Assembly (NCBI GenBank): GCA_963750165.1
Contig: CAVVPN010000004.1
Coordinates: 800,001 to 864,000, forward strand
DNA from: an uncultured Gemmataceae bacterium
GTDB taxonomy: Bacteria > Planctomycetota > Planctomycetia > Gemmatales > Gemmataceae
Length of the DNA: 64,000 bases
Direction: 5' to 3'
Below, in pieces: positions 19,677 to 29,884 of the stretch; positions within the stretch are counted from its first letter, which is position 1, and each line of letters begins with the position of its first letter. Under the pieces are notes generated by a model that was not told the DNA's origin, made no database searches, and saw nothing but the letters and a program-made list of their open reading frames with translations. The translations under genes and the position numbers were made by a program.

Positions 19677-22220
19677 ATGAAGGCCCTGCTGTGTGCGCTG
19701 CTGTCGCTGGCGTTTCTCGGCACCGCGGCGCCGGCGCGGGCCGGCGAGCCCGGGCTGGCCACCAGGGCGCAGGCCATCCTCAAAGCGCACTGCCAGAAGT
19801 GCCATGGCGGCAACGGCGCCGCGAAAGGCAGCTTCGGCCACGTGCTCGACCGCGAAAAACTGGTGCAGCGCGGTCAGATTCTGCCCGGTAACGCCTCCGC
19901 GTCCGACCTGTACCGCCGCGTCGTCAAGGGCGAGATGCCGCCTGCCGGCAAGCACAGCCGGCCCACCAAGGACGAGGTGCAGACGCTGCGGCAGTGGATC
20001 GACGCCGGCGCCCCCGACTTCGCCCCGAACGTCGCGGCCAGGCCGTTCCTCGACGAAACCAGGGTCCTGGCCTGGGTCACGAAGGATTTGCAGCAGTTCA
20101 CGCCGAAACGGCAGCGCTTCGTGCGCTACTTCACGCTGGCCCACGTCGCCAACGCCGGCGCCAGTGACGCCGACCTGGAGCGCAACCGCCAGGCACTCGC
20201 CAAGCTGCTCAACGCCCTGTCCTGGCACGCCCGCCTGACCAGACCCGCCGCCATCGACGCCCGGCAGACCGTCTTCCGCATCGACCTGCGCGACTACAAG
20301 TGGACCGCGGCGTCGTGGGAAAAGCTGGTGTCGGCCTACCCCTACCGCGGCGGCCACGGCAGCGCGGCGGCCGACGCCATCGCCGCGGCCACCGGCTCCG
20401 AACTGCCACTGCTCCGCGCCGACTGGTTCGTCGCCACCGCGTCGCGCACGCCGCTGTATTACGACCTGCTGCAAATGCCGCTTACCGAGCGCGCCCTGGA
20501 AAGACTGCTGCAGGTAGACGCGCCAGCCAACATTCAGGAGGAGTCCGTTGCCCGCACCGGCTTCAACGACTCCGGCGTCTCGAAAAACAACCGCCTGCTC
20601 GAACGCCACGACGCGGCGTATGGTGCCCTGTGGCGCAGCTATGACTTCGCGGATAACACGGGTCGCAAAAACCTGTTCGAGCATCCGCTCGGGCCGAACG
20701 CGGGCGAAACCTCGTTCGCGCACGCCGGCGGCGAAATGATCTTCCATTTACCCAACGGCCTGCACGGCTACCTGCTGGCCGACGGCCTCGGCCGCCGCCT
20801 CGACAAGGGCCCCATCGAGATCGTCAGTGACCCGAAGCGGCCGGACCAGCGCGTTGAAGCGGGGCTGTCGTGCATGTCCTGCCACGCCCGCGGTTACCTG
20901 CCGAAGTTCGATCAGGTTCGCGCCCACGTCGAGAAGAATCAAAACGTCTTCGCCCCGGCCGCCGTGGCCGCCGTGCGAGCGCTGTACCCGGGCAAGGAAC
21001 AGTTGCAGCGGCTGTTCGACGAGGATAACGAACGCTTCCTGCGGGCGCTCAAGGCCCTCGGCGTCAACGAGGCTGACGCCGAGCCGGTCACGCTGGTGAC
21101 GCTACGCTACGAGGCCACACTCGACCTGGCTGTCGCCGCCGCGGAATACGGTTTGCCCGCGGCCGAGTTCACGAAGCGCCTGAAGAAGTCGGCCAGCCTG
21201 ACGCGCACGCTTGGGCCGCTGCTCGCTGGCGGTAGCGTGCAGCGTGAGGTGTTCCTCGACGCCTTTCCCGAACTGGTCCGCAGCCTGGACGCCGCCGTGG
21301 TGGCCATCAAGCCCCTCGACCCGAAGCGGCCACCGTTCGTCGGCCACACCGCCGTCGTCAACTGCGTCGCGTTCGCGCCTAACGGCAAGTGGGCCGCCAG
21401 CGGCGGCGACGACAAAACCCTCCGCCTCTGGGACGTGACGACCGGCCAGGAGCTACGCATGTTCACCGGCCACACCGACGCGGTCACCTGTGTCGTGTTC
21501 TCCGCCGACGGCAAGCGACTGCTCTCCGGCGGCCGCGATGCAACGCTGCGGTTGTGGGACGTGGCCACCGGCCAGCAGCTTCAACGTTTCGATGGCCACA
21601 CCGGCCGCGTCCGGGCCGTGGCGCTGTCCGCCGACGGCAGCCGCGCTGTGTCCGGTGCCGACGACAAAACGGTGCGCTGGTGGAACGCCGACACCGGCGA
21701 GGAACTGCGCGTCCTCTACGGCCACAGCGCCGCGGTCAGCGGCGTGGCCCTGGTCGGCAACGGCCGCCGGGCGGTCAGCGCCAGTCATGACGGCACCGTC
21801 CGCGTCTGGAACGCCATCACGGGCGAGGAACTGCACGTCCTGGAGGGCCATCAGGGCGAGGTCCACGCGGTCGCCGTGTCCCGCGACGGCAGCCGGGTGG
21901 CGAGCGGCGGCCGCGACCGCACCGTGCGGTTGTGGGACGCCAAAACCGGCCAGTTACTGCGCACGCTGCAGGGCCACGCCAATCCGGTCATCGCCGTGGC
22001 GTTCACGCCGGACGCGGCCGCGCTGCTGTCCGGCAGCAGTCAGTACGGGGTCGCCGACACGGTGATCCGTCAGTGGGACGCGACCACCGGCAAGCAGACG
22101 CGCAGCCTGGCCGTACCCGCTTCGGTGCGCGTCGCCTGCGTGGCGTTCGCCCCGGACGGGCGGCGCGCGCTGACCGGCGGCTCGGAGAAGACCCTGCGGC
22201 TGTGGCAGAGGACAAAGTAA
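19677..22220 (+). CDS. Secreted protein: planctomycete cytochrome c domain + second CxxCH domain + WD40 propeller
   Basis: Signal peptide; CQKCH...MPP...WIDAGA; CMSCH; about seven GH...WD repeats. Confidence 0.85.
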   Translation: MKALLCALLSLAFLGTAAPARAGEPGLATRAQAILKAHCQKCHGGNGAAKGSFGHVLDREKLVQRGQILPGNASASDLYRRVVKGEMPPAGKHSRPTKDEVQTLRQWIDAGAPDFAPNVAARPFLDETRVLAWVTKDLQQFTPKRQRFVRYFTLAHVANAGASDADLERNRQALAKLLNALSWHARLTRPAAIDARQTVFRIDLRDYKWTAASWEKLVSAYPYRGGHGSAAADAIAAATGSELPLLRADWFVATASRTPLYYDLLQMPLTERALERLLQVDAPANIQEESVARTGFNDSGVSKNNRLLERHDAAYGALWRSYDFADNTGRKNLFEHPLGPNAGETSFAHAGGEMIFHLPNGLHGYLLADGLGRRLDKGPIEIVSDPKRPDQRVEAGLSCMSCHARGYLPKFDQVRAHVEKNQNVFAPAAVAAVRALYPGKEQLQRLFDEDNERFLRALKALGVNEADAEPVTLVTLRYEATLDLAVAAAEYGLPAAEFTKRLKKSASLTRTLGPLLAGGSVQREVFLDAFPELVRSLDAAVVAIKPLDPKRPPFVGHTAVVNCVAFAPNGKWAASGGDDKTLRLWDVTTGQELRMFTGHTDAVTCVVFSADGKRLLSGGRDATLRLWDVATGQQLQRFDGHTGRVRAVALSADGSRAVSGADDKTVRWWNADTGEELRVLYGHSAAVSGVALVGNGRRAVSASHDGTVRVWNAITGEELHVLEGHQGEVHAVAVSRDGSRVASGGRDRTVRLWDAKTGQLLRTLQGHANPVIAVAFTPDAAALLSGSSQYGVADTVIRQWDATTGKQTRSLAVPASVRVACVAFAPDGRRALTGGSEKTLRLWQRTK

Positions 22221-22323
22221 TTTCGTTCTGCCGTTCTCGTTTCGCGCGCTTGCAGTGTGCGCGAAACGTGAACGGAACACCAATCAACCTACCCCGTTCG
22301 CTCATCAAGCAAAGGAGCCCGCA

Positions 22324-24178
22324 ATGCGCAAGTGGTTGCTGTTCGCCGCCGCCGCCGCCGTGATCGGCGTCACCGTGGCGGCCGGCCAGGTGTTGACTCA
22401 GAAGGACCAGGGCAAGGCCCCCGAAGGGACCGTGCCGCAGAAGTCGGCGAAGAGCCGCATCGCCAGGGTTACCGTCTACCCCAACAGCGCCCTCGTTACC
22501 CGCGAGGTCGAGGTGCCCGAGGGCACCGGCCTGACCGAACTGGTCGTCTCCGGCCTGCCGGCGCGCGTCGTCAACAACTCGCTGTACTCCGAGGGCACCG
22601 ACGGCATCCGTGTGCTGAGCACGCGCTTCCGTACGCAGGAGGTCTTCGAGGACACCCGTGAGGACGTGCGCAAACTTGAGGACGAGATGAAGACGCTGCG
22701 GCTGGCGGCGGAAAAGCTCACCTCGGAAATCAACGCACTCAAGCAGAACATGATGATGGTGAGCAAACTGGAGGAGTTCACCGCCCGGACCACCGTCCTC
22801 TCCACCGAGAAGGGCGGCCTCAACGGCGACACTGTGATCGCCCTGACCAATTACCTCATGAAGCAGCGCGACGAGAAGGCCCACGACCTGGTCAAGCTGG
22901 ACCAGGAGCTGCAGGTCAACAAGGAGCAGGCCGAGTTCTGCAAGCGCAAGCTGAACCAGGCGACGCGCGGCACCAGCAAGACCGAGCGTGACGCCGTGAT
23001 TGTCATCGACCGCGACCAGAAAGTGAAGGGCGCCAAGGTCCGCCTCAATTACCTGGTGGATGCGGTGTCGTGGAAGCCGCAGTACAAGCTCCGCGCCGGC
23101 AAGAACGGCGAGTCCGTGCAGATCGATTACCTGGCGTCGCTGGTGCAACACAGCGGCGAAAACTGGAATCAGGTGGCGCTGGCGCTATCCACCGCCGAGC
23201 CGATGCTCAACGCCGCCCCGCCCGACCTCGGCAAACTCGAAATCGTCGTCGTCAACCGCGTCGGCCAGCCGATGGCGCCCGGGGACATGGCGGGTCCCGG
23301 CGGCTCCTTCGCCCCGCAGGAGTCTGACCATGAAACTGCAGGAGAAGGCCAGCCAGTTGCGCAGTCGGGCGAACTCGTACTCCAACAAGGACATCAACGC
23401 CAACGGCAAGCTGCTGAACGATGCGGCCGCGCTCCAGCAGAACTGGGAGTTGCAGCGGACCCGCGACGACATCCAGCAGGGTAAGCGCCAGAAGAAGGAT
23501 GAGCTGGTCGCCGCCGGCGTCGAGGACGGGCCGAGCGTGACGTACAACCTGGGGCCGAAGCTGAGCGTGCCGTCGCGCAACGACGAGCAGGTGGTCGAGG
23601 TCGCCAAGCTCAAACTGCAGCCGAAGTTCTATTACAAGGCCGTGCCGGTGCTGAGCCGCTCGGTGTACCGCCTGGCTGACCTGGTCAACGACAGCCAGAT
23701 TGTGTTACTGCCGGGCGAGGCAACGATGTATCAGGGGACGGACTTCGTGGGCCGCATGCGCTTGCCGCTGGTGGCGGTCGGCGAGGAGTTCACCGCCGGC
23801 TTCGGTGTGGACCCGCAGTTGCAGGTGCAGCGGCAAATGCTCGACAAGGAGCGCAAGACCCAGGGCGGCAACCAGGTCCTCAAGTACGAGTACCGCATCC
23901 TGGTCAGCAGCTACAAGAAGGACAAGGTCGCCGTCCAAATCTGGGACCGGCTGCCGCACTCCGGCGAGACCGAGGCCGCCAACGTCATCCTCGCCAAGTC
24001 CAGCCCCGAGCTGAGCAAGGACAAGCTGTACGAGCGCGAGCAGCGGCCGAGCAACCTGTTGCGCTGGGATCTGGAGTTGGAGCCGGGCATGAGCGGCGAG
24101 CACGCCCTGGCCATCCACTACGAGTTCCGCCTCGAACTCGACAAGATGAAGGTCATCCAGAATGTGCTGTCCAGGTAA
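22324..24178 (+). CDS. MuiA-family protein (DUF4140+DUF4139), copy 1; frameshift near 23310
   Basis: SRIARVTVYPNSALVTRE, coiled coil, SWKPQY, QHSGENW, LLPGEA, GFGVDP. Confidence 0.85.
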
Positions 24179-24189
24179 CGGCCCCGATC

Positions 24190-24215
24190 CCGCGAACCGA
24201 TTCATCGGTTCGCGG
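24190..24215 (+). other. Intercistronic hairpin between MuiA copies 1 and 2
   Basis: ccgcgaaccgat-tc-atcggttcgcgg; no U-tract. Confidence 0.7.
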
Positions 24216-24265
24216 AGGGTCCGACCCCTTCAACCATGAAGCCATCGAATTCAAGGAGCCCGCAC

Positions 24266-26116
24266 ATGCGTAAATGGTTACTGTTCGCCGGCGCCGCGGT
24301 GGTCGGCGTCACCGTCCTGGTCGGCCACGCTCTGACCCAGGGCGACAAGACCGCCGTGGGCACCGTGCCGCAGAAGTCGGCCAAGAGCCGCATCGCCAAG
24401 GTCACCGTCTATCCCAACAGCGCCCTGGTCACCCGCGAGGTCGAGGTGCCCGAGGGCACCGGCCTGACCGAACTGGTTGTCGCCAACCTGCCGGTGCGCG
24501 TGCTGGTGAATTCGCTCTACTCCGAGGGCACCGACGGCATCCGCGTGCTGAGCATGCGCTTCCGCACGCAGGAGGTCTTCGAGGACACCCGCGAGGACGT
24601 GCGCAAACTCGAGGACGAGGCCAAGACGCTACGGCTGGCGGCGGAGAAGCTGTCCTCCGAAATCGCCACGCTCAGGCAAAACATGATGATGCTGACCAAG
24701 CTGGAAGACTTCACCGCCAAGACGACCGTCCACTCCACCGAGAAGGGCGGCCTCAACAGCGACACCGTCATCACCCTCACCACCTACCTGATGAAGCAGC
24801 GCGACGAGAAGGCGCGTGAACTGGTCAAGCTCGATCAGGATCTGCAGCGCAACAAGGAGCAGGTCGAGTTCTGCAAGCGCCAGATGAGCCAGCTGTCGCG
24901 CGGCACCAGCAAGACCGAGCGCGACGCCGTCATCGTCATTGACCGCGACCAGAGCGTCAAAGGTGCGAAAGTACGGCTGAACTACCTGGTGGACGCGGTG
25001 TCGTGGAAGCCGCAGTACAAGCTCCGCGCCGGCAAGAACGGCGAGTCCGTGCAGATCGATTACCTGGCGTCGCTGGTGCAACACAGCGGCGAAAACTGGA
25101 ATCAGGTGGCGCTGGCGCTATCCACCGCCGAGCCGATGCTCAACGCCGCCCCGCCCGACCTCGGCAAGCTCGAAATCGTCGTCGTCGATCGCGCGGGGGT
25201 GCCGATCGCCGACAAGCGCCGCGGTGACCTGTTCGCCAGGCCCACAGCGCCGAAGGCGGACCTGGATAAGGCCGTGGCCGGGCTGCGGAAAATGGCCAAG
25301 GAATCGTACGGCAAGGGCGAGGCCAAGGGTGGCGAACAGGCCCTCAACAGCGCGGCCGCCCTGGTGCAGAACGACGAGCTGATGAAGACGCGCGAGCAGA
25401 TTCAGGACGAGAACCGTAGGCAGGACAAGGGCAAGTCCTTTGAACCCGGACTTGGTGCGGGCGACGGGCCGAGCGTGACGTACATCCTGGGTCCGCGGCT
25501 GAGCGTGCCGTCGCGCAACGACGAGCAGGTGGTCGAGGTCGCCAAGCTGAAACTTGAGCCGAAGTTCTATTTCAAGGCCGTGCCGGTGCTGAGCCGCTCC
25601 GTCTACCGCCTGGCCGACCTGGTCAACAAGAGCGAACTGGTGCTGCTGCCGGGCGAGGCAACGATGTACCAGGGCACCGACTTCGTGGGCCGGATGCGGC
25701 TGCCGTTGGTGGCCGTGGGCGAGGAGTTCACCGCCGGCTTCGGTGTGGACCCGCAGTTGCAGGTGCAGCGGCAAATGCTCGACAAGGAGCGCAAGACGCA
25801 GGGCGGCAACCAGGTCCTCAAATACGAGTACCGCATCCTGGTCAGCAGCTACAAGAAGGACAAGGTCGCCGTCCAAATCTGGGACCGCCTGCCGCACTCC
25901 GGCGAGACCGAGGCCGCCAACGTCATCCTCGCCAAGTCCAGCCCCGAGCTGAGCAAGGACAAGCTGTACGAGCGCGAGCAGCGACCGAGCAATTTGCTGC
26001 GCTGGGATCTGGAGTTGGAGCCGGGCATGAGCGGCGAGCACGCCCTGGCCATCCACTACGAGTTCCGCCTCGAACTCGACAAGATGAAGGTCATCCAGAA
26101 CGTCCTGTCCAGGTAA
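24266..26116 (+). CDS. MuiA-family protein (DUF4140+DUF4139), copy 2, intact
   Basis: AAGGAG RBS, signal-like N-terminus, same motifs as copy 1. Confidence 0.9.
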   Translation: MRKWLLFAGAAVVGVTVLVGHALTQGDKTAVGTVPQKSAKSRIAKVTVYPNSALVTREVEVPEGTGLTELVVANLPVRVLVNSLYSEGTDGIRVLSMRFRTQEVFEDTREDVRKLEDEAKTLRLAAEKLSSEIATLRQNMMMLTKLEDFTAKTTVHSTEKGGLNSDTVITLTTYLMKQRDEKARELVKLDQDLQRNKEQVEFCKRQMSQLSRGTSKTERDAVIVIDRDQSVKGAKVRLNYLVDAVSWKPQYKLRAGKNGESVQIDYLASLVQHSGENWNQVALALSTAEPMLNAAPPDLGKLEIVVVDRAGVPIADKRRGDLFARPTAPKADLDKAVAGLRKMAKESYGKGEAKGGEQALNSAAALVQNDELMKTREQIQDENRRQDKGKSFEPGLGAGDGPSVTYILGPRLSVPSRNDEQVVEVAKLKLEPKFYFKAVPVLSRSVYRLADLVNKSELVLLPGEATMYQGTDFVGRMRLPLVAVGEEFTAGFGVDPQLQVQRQMLDKERKTQGGNQVLKYEYRILVSSYKKDKVAVQIWDRLPHSGETEAANVILAKSSPELSKDKLYEREQRPSNLLRWDLELEPGMSGEHALAIHYEFRLELDKMKVIQNVLSR

Positions 26117-26123
26117 CGGCCCC

Positions 26124-26163
26124 GGCCCTCCCTCGGACTGATTCATCGGTTCGAGGGAGGGCC
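26124..26163 (+). other. Intercistronic hairpin between MuiA copies 2 and 3
   Basis: ggccctccctcggactgat-tc-atcggttcgagggagggcc with two G-U pairs. Confidence 0.7.
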
Positions 26164-26206
26164 CGACCCCTTCAATCCTGAAACCATCGAACTCAAGGAG
26201 TTAGAG

Positions 26207-28222
26207 ATGCGTAAGTGGATGTTGATCGCCTCCGGCGTGGCCATCATTGGCGTTACTGTGCTCGTCGGCCAGGCGCTGACCCAGGACGGCTCGAAGAAGG
26301 CCGCCGAGGGGGCAGTGCCGCAGAAGTCGGCCAAGAGCCGCATCTCCAGGGTCACCGTCTATCCCGACAGCGCCCTCGTCACCCGCGAGGTCGAGGTGCC
26401 CGAGGGCAGCGGCCTGACCGAACTGGTCGTCACCAACCTGCCGGCGCGTCGTCAACAACTCGCTGTACTCCGAGGGCACCGACGGCATCCGTGTGCTGAG
26501 CATGCGCTTCCGCACGCAGGAGGTCTTCGAGGACACCCGCGCGGACGTGCGCAAGCTTGAGGACGAGATGAAGACGCTGCGGCTGGCGGCGGAAAAGCTC
26601 GCCTCGGAAATCAACGCACTCAAGCAGAACATGATGCTGGTGAGCAAGCTGGAGGACTTCACGACCAAAACGACCGTCCACTCGACCGAGAAGGGCGGGC
26701 TGAACGGCGACACCGTCATCACGCTCACCAATTACCTCATGAAGCAGCGCGATGACAAGGCGCGCGACCTGGTCAAGCTCGATCAGGAGTTGCAGGTCAA
26801 CAAGGAGCAGAGCGAGTTCTGCAAGCGCAAGATGGGCCAGCTGTCCCGCGGCACCAGCAAAACCGAGCGCGACGCCATCATCGTCATCGACCGCGACCAG
26901 AGCGCCAAGGGGGCGAAGGTGCGCCTCAACTACCTGGTCGATGCCGTCTCGTGGAAGCCGCAGTACAAGCTGCGTGCCGGCAAGGGCGGCGAGGCGGTGC
27001 AGATCGATTACCTGGCGTCGCTGGTGCAGCACTCCGGCGAGGACTGGAACCAGGTGGCGCTGACCTTCTCCACCGCGGCGCCGATGCAAAATGCCGCTCC
27101 GCCTGATCTGAAGAAGCTCGAAATCGTCGTCGTGGATCGCGCCGGGCGCAGCTGGCCGCCACCGAGCGTGCCGCTCCGCCCGTGTTCGCCGCCCCGCCCC
27201 CCCCGATGGTCCCACCGGTGGTGGGCAACGGGCTGAACGCGGCATCGCCGGGTTTCAACTTCAGCAAGACGGTTCCCTTGCCCCCGGGCGGGATGGGTGG
27301 GTTTGGCCAGGCCAACAAGGGCGGTGGGATGGGTGGGATGGGCTATGGGGGCCAGGCCCAGTTCGCCCCCGCGTACAACAACGCCGCCAACGTCCTGCGG
27401 CAGCAGGCAATCCAGTCGTACAACAACAAGGACGTGGCCACCGGTGCCAGGCTGCTTAACGAGTCGGCCGCCTTGAAGCAGAACCTGGAGCTGATGAAGA
27501 CGAAGGAAGAGATTGCCCAGGAAAAGCAGCCGCAGAAGAAGAGCGACCTCATCGCCGCCGGCACCGAGGAAGGGCCGAGCACCACCTACAACTTGAAGCA
27601 GCGGCTGAGCGTGCCGTCGCGTAACGACGAGCAGGTCGTCGAGATCGCCAAGCTCAAACTCCAGCCGAAGTTCTACTACAAGGCGGTGCCGGTGCTGAGC
27701 CGCTCGGTGTACCGCCTGGCTGACCTGGTCAACGACAGCCAGATTGTGTTACTGCCGGGCGAGGCGACGATGTACCAGGGGACAGACTTCGTGGGCCGGA
27801 TGCGGTTGCCGCTGGTGGCGGTCGGCGAGGAGTTCACCGCCGGCTTTGGCGTGGACCCGCAGTTGCAGGTGCAGCGGCAGATGCTCGACAAGGAGCGCAA
27901 GACGCAGGGCGGCAACCAGGTCCTCAAATACGAGTACCGCATCCTGGTGAGCAGCTACAAGAAGGACAAGGTCGCCGTCCAAATCTGGGACCGGCTGCCG
28001 CACTCCGGCGAGGCCGAGTCCGCCAACGTCATCCTGGCCAGGACCAAGCCGGAGTTGAGCGAAGACGCCATCTACCTGCGCGAGCAGCGGCCGAGCAACC
28101 TGCTGCGCTGGGACCTGGAGCTGGCGCCGGGCATGAGCGGCGAGCACGCCCTGGCCATCCATTACGAGTTCCGCCTCGAACTCGACAAGATGAAGGTCAT
28201 CCAGAACGTCCTGTCCCGCTGA
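26207..28222 (+). CDS. MuiA-family protein (DUF4140+DUF4139), copy 3; frameshifts near 26445 and 27140-27185
   Basis: Three consecutive ORF pieces reconstruct a full paralogue; CG dinucleotide missing relative to copy 1 at ~26445. Confidence 0.85.
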
Positions 28223-28237
28223 CCACCCAGGGAAGTC

Positions 28238-28529
28238 CTCGAGCGGTTCACACTTGGTTTGCGCACAGCCTGTGGGACGGCTCTCCAGAGCCGTCCTTGT
28301 CTCGGAGACGGCTCTGGAGAGCCGTCCTACGGGGCGTGATCCACGCGGCTGTGAACTGCTCTAGAGCGATTTGCGTTTGGGTGTAGCGGAAGTCGCCAGA
28401 CTTCCGAAGCCGCTACGGAAGTCTGGCGACTTCCGCTACGAGCAAGCCGCTACACTCGACCGCAAAGTGCTCTAAGCCAGATGATTCACCACGGAGCGCG
28501 CTCTGCGCGCTCCGTGGTGAATCATCTGG
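28238..28529. repeat. Cluster of MITE/REPIN-like elements and a long palindrome between convergent genes
   Basis: ctcgagcggttcac..gtgaactgctctag (28238-28364) with inner pair 28272-28330; ctagagcgatttgcg..cgcaaagtgctctaa (28361-28475) with inner pair 28383-28439; perfect 24-bp-arm palindrome 28477-28529. Confidence 0.85.
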
Positions 28530-28530
28530 G

Positions 28531-29277
28531 TTAGCGCTCCCCCTTCTCAAGCGTCGGCAGCGGATTCTCTTTCCGGAAGCGCTCCTCAGCGCCCTGCAGG
28601 GCCTTCTCCGCCGCCTCGCGGCTCTTGTACTGACCGTTGCGAATCTCCCGGGCCAGCTGCTCCAGCGCCGCCTTGTACTTCGGCCCGGCGGTGCGCAGGT
28701 AGTCCGCCTCGCGGACGCTCAGCTCTGTTCGACCCTCGCGCTCGAAGACGTGGACGGGGGTTTCCTTGCCGTCGGGGCCCTTCTTGTTGACCAACCGCAT
28801 TTTGCCGCCGCTGAGCGGCACCAGCAGCCGCCAGGCGTCCGCGTCCTTGACGGCGTACCAGGTGCTCTCCAGAATCCGCCGATCCTTGTCGCGCTCCTCC
28901 GTGAGCCAGACCGTCAGCGCCACCTTGTCCTTGTCCTTGTCGTCCTTGCTGAGAATGCGGATGTCCCGGGTGTGCTTGAGGAGGTCGCGCAGCGTGTGCG
29001 CGGCCGGCTGCCTGGCGTCCTTGCCGAACTTCTCCGCCAGGGCGCGGTCCACGTCCTCGCGGGCCACCTGGAAGGTCATCAGGCCCTCGAAGGCGGTGCG
29101 CGACGGCGCCGCCAGCTGGGCGAGCAGGGCCGGCACGTCGCCCGCCTGCATCGCCGCCAGCACGTTGCGCACGGCCTCCTCCGGCGAGGACGCCAGCTTT
29201 GTCTGCCCGGCTGGCGCGACGCTCGTCAACAGCGCCAGTGCGCCGAGCACCCCGCCCGTCCATTTCGCTGCGTTCAT
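28531..29277 (-). CDS. Hypothetical secreted protein
   Basis: Signal-like N-terminus, SSPEEAVRNVLAAMQAGD (NTF2-like start), coding bias. Confidence 0.7.
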   Translation of the reverse strand: MNAAKWTGGVLGALALLTSVAPAGQTKLASSPEEAVRNVLAAMQAGDVPALLAQLAAPSRTAFEGLMTFQVAREDVDRALAEKFGKDARQPAAHTLRDLLKHTRDIRILSKDDKDKDKVALTVWLTEERDKDRRILESTWYAVKDADAWRLLVPLSGGKMRLVNKKGPDGKETPVHVFEREGRTELSVREADYLRTAGPKYKAALEQLAREIRNGQYKSREAAEKALQGAEERFRKENPLPTLEKGER

Positions 29278-29440
29278 CCCAATCCTCCCAGAATACCCGG
29301 GCCGGCCCTTGTGCCCGGTGGTGAGGCGTAGGGTAACAGAAAGGGTCGGACAGGGGAAGCACGCCTGACCGCGGACCCCGGACTTCTGCAAACCAGGCCC
29401 TACAATAAAGCGCAGCCCAGATCTCCCGACGAGGACAGCG

Positions 29441-29842
29441 ATGTACCGCGTTACCCGCGAAATCCCGTTCTGCTACGGCCATCGGCTACTGAACTACGAC
29501 GGCAAGTGCCGCCACCTGCACGGCCACAACGGCCGGGCGGTGATCGTGCTGGAGGCGGCCGCCCTGGACGCGCTCGGCATGGTCGTCGATTTCTCGCGCA
29601 TCAAGCGCGTCGTCAGCACCTGGATCAACGAGACGCTCGACCACCGCATGCTGCTGCACAAGGACGACCCCGTGCTGCCGCTGCTGCGCCAGCAGGGCGA
29701 GCCGTTTTTCGTGATGGACGTCAACCCGACCGCGGAGAACATCGCCCGCGTCATCTTCGAGTACACCAGGGGTCAGGGATTCCCGGTGGTCGAGGTGCAT
29801 CTGTGGGAGACCGAGGACAGTTACGCGACCTATCGCGGCTGA
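29441..29842 (+). CDS. queD: 6-carboxy-5,6,7,8-tetrahydropterin synthase
   Basis: GHRL..YDGKCRHLHGHN, VVDF, LDH, PTAENIA, LWET. Confidence 0.92.
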   Translation: MYRVTREIPFCYGHRLLNYDGKCRHLHGHNGRAVIVLEAAALDALGMVVDFSRIKRVVSTWINETLDHRMLLHKDDPVLPLLRQQGEPFFVMDVNPTAENIARVIFEYTRGQGFPVVEVHLWETEDSYATYRG

Positions 29843-29884
29843 TAATGAGGAGAAACCACGGAACACACGATGTTCCGTGGTTTC

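Noticed and set aside
22324..28222. Diversity-generating retroelement acting on the MuiA copies
   Set aside because: No reverse transcriptase nearby, and differences are not adenine-specific TR/VR mismatches
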